Shown piece after piece: positions 55,532 through 57,179 of a stretch of DNA of 57,179 nt. The notes under the pieces were generated by a model. It made no database searches. It had not been told where the DNA came from and was given only the letters and a program-made list of their open reading frames with translations. The translations under genes and the position numbers were made by a program. Position 1 is the first letter of the stretch. Every line of letters begins with the position of its first letter. The DNA comes from an uncultured Candidatus Saccharibacteria bacterium (GTDB taxonomy: Bacteria > Patescibacteriota > Minisyncoccia > Phycocordibacterales > SW-6-46-9): assembly GCA_964534365.1 (NCBI GenBank), contig CAZHOI010000004.1, forward strand, positions 1 to 57,179. Reading direction: 5' to 3'.

Positions 55532-56938
55532 ATGAAAAAAACCGCCCAACAACGAGTTGAAGATATTTTTAGCCGCGCCACCGAACGTTTTGTCGATCCT
55601 AATGATCATTTCAAAAATAAACTAATCCGTTTTGCCAACCAGCAGTCTGATGAACGTCCGGTGGTCAAACTGGGGGCTGACCCAACCCGGCCTGATATTC
55701 ATATCGGACATGCGGTAGTCCTGCGTAAATTACGTGCGATGCAAGATTTGGGAGCCAAAGTAGTCTTTTTGGTAGGCGACTTTACGGCTATGATTGGGGA
55801 TCCTACTGGCAAATCAAAAGTAAGGCCCGAGCTTTCCGCTCGCGACATCGAGAAGAATATGCAAACCTACCTCGAACAAATCGGAAAAATCCTCAAAACC
55901 GAGGACCCTAACATTTTTGCCTGGACCAAAAACTCGGACTGGTTTTTATCCCTCTCTGATTTGGTGGCCCCAGCCCAAACAATAGTGGCCAACCCTGATG
56001 CACCGATCAAGGGGCTCAAACAAATTAAAATGAACTTCCCTGAAAATTCCTATCTGGCCAAGGCAGTACTTTATCAAAAAACTAGGCGGCAAAAATCTGA
56101 TAATCTCCAGATGATAAGTGTTCGGGATTTTTTGCAAACCCTGCGGGGAATAACTCATAGCAATTTAATCCAGCGCGACATGTTTCAAGATCGAATTGAG
56201 GGCCACCAAGAGCTGTATTTGCATGAATTAATGTATCCCGTACTGCAAGGTCTAGATTCACTGATGATTCATCGAATATTCGGATCCTGTGATCTGGAAA
56301 TTGGCGGCACCGACCAGTTATTCAATAATTTAATGGGTCGGACCGTTATGAAAAATGCTGGGGTGCCTCCACAATCGGTGGCGGCATTTTCTTTACTTGA
56401 GGGCCTAGACGGTTCCGAGAAAATGTCAAAATCCCAAGACAACTATATTGGAGTCAATGACGATCCCGAGGATATGTATGGCAAAGTAATGTCGCTGCCA
56501 GATGAATTAATTGGCCGGTGGTTTGAACTAACTACCTTCTCTCCTGAAATAGAGGTTAATGACATCAAGAAAGCCCTAACTTCCGAGAATGCCAATCCCT
56601 ATGATTTAAAAAAACGTCTCGCTCGAGAGATTGTAGTTATTTATCATGGAGAAGATGCGGCCGATAAAGCAGCTCAGTCATTCAGCAACACTTTTTCCAA
56701 GGGTGAAATCCCAGCGGATATTCCGGAAATAAAATTAAATGACAGCGAAACCTTGGGGGAGGCTCTGGTACGTCAGAAAATTGTACCGTCAAAAACCCAG
56801 TGGCGCAGACTGATTGATCAAAATTCTGTCACCGAATTAAATTCTAATAAAAAAGTAACTGATGAAAAACTAGTCCCTCAATCAGGTGAAGTATTCCGCA
56901 TCGGCAAGAAAAGATTTGTTAGAGTAACGGATAACTAA
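55532..56938 (+). CDS. tyrS: Tyrosine--tRNA ligase
   Basis: GADPT..DIHIGH, IGDPTGK, YPVLQGLD, GGTDQLFN, KMSKS, C-terminal S4-like domain. Confidence 0.96.
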   Translation: MKKTAQQRVEDIFSRATERFVDPNDHFKNKLIRFANQQSDERPVVKLGADPTRPDIHIGHAVVLRKLRAMQDLGAKVVFLVGDFTAMIGDPTGKSKVRPELSARDIEKNMQTYLEQIGKILKTEDPNIFAWTKNSDWFLSLSDLVAPAQTIVANPDAPIKGLKQIKMNFPENSYLAKAVLYQKTRRQKSDNLQMISVRDFLQTLRGITHSNLIQRDMFQDRIEGHQELYLHELMYPVLQGLDSLMIHRIFGSCDLEIGGTDQLFNNLMGRTVMKNAGVPPQSVAAFSLLEGLDGSEKMSKSQDNYIGVNDDPEDMYGKVMSLPDELIGRWFELTTFSPEIEVNDIKKALTSENANPYDLKKRLAREIVVIYHGEDAADKAAQSFSNTFSKGEIPADIPEIKLNDSETLGEALVRQKIVPSKTQWRRLIDQNSVTELNSNKKVTDEKLVPQSGEVFRIGKKRFVRVTDN

Positions 56939-57179
56939 AGACGCTTAACACAAAAAAACGTTCACTTAGACCTATATTCGCAGTGACTGGCTCATCTGCC
57001 TGATAAGGCTAGGATGCCTGCTGTGCCCAGCTTAGCCTTGGCAACGTTGGGTTACTTTCTAATATTTGTTTAATTACCAAGTAAATAATAAGGAGCCAGA
57101 TATTGGGTGTATAAGGTGCCAGGGGGTAATCTCTAAACACATATGGCGGTTTTTAGTAACGTTAATTAATGACCGTAAT

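Noticed and set aside
56984-57035. ZMP/ZTP riboswitch (gtgactggc)
   Set aside because: The required downstream CGCCUGGGC pseudoknot element is absent on the same strand.

Overview
Chromosomal origin region of a Patescibacteria/CPR-like bacterium (Parcubacteria-type gene order), read in the standard code (TGA is used as a stop). Housekeeping blocks: ppaC, tig-clpP-rny-hup, clpB, yraN, cca, xth, a Xer-type recombinase, rpsO-NYN-pnp, comM/yifB, uvrD, rsmA, and jag-yidC-rnpA-rpmH-dnaA-oriC-dnaN-dciA-like-PBP1A-tyrS, plus four tRNAs (Gly-TCC, Pro-TGG, Gly-GCC, Arg-TCG). A ~17 kb relaxase-less type IV secretion-like locus (29.6-46.4 kb) encodes VirB4, PrgI, a VirB6-like protein, large surface proteins and a pilin fused to a Cys-rich domain and a DUF2272/CHAP-like domain. 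Main observations: (1) four-helix-bundle cassettes, and one gene-less equivalent, inserted at consecutive gene junctions of that locus, bounded by short inverted repeat arrays and by perfect hairpins that copy the neighbouring host gene's end or promoter; (2) the same host-copying palindromes around tRNA-Gly next to a GIY-YIG gene; (3) a TrpR-like gene inserted in the jag-yidC operon with three copies of a 20-bp palindrome; (4) a PNPase orthologue that has lost its catalytic motifs; (5) a cluster of parS-like sites and a second DnaA-box cluster 33-38 kb from dnaA; (6) a cysteine-free DksA-like protein; (7) pervasive near-leaderless promoters. All family assignments come from motif recognition by eye; no database searches were run.
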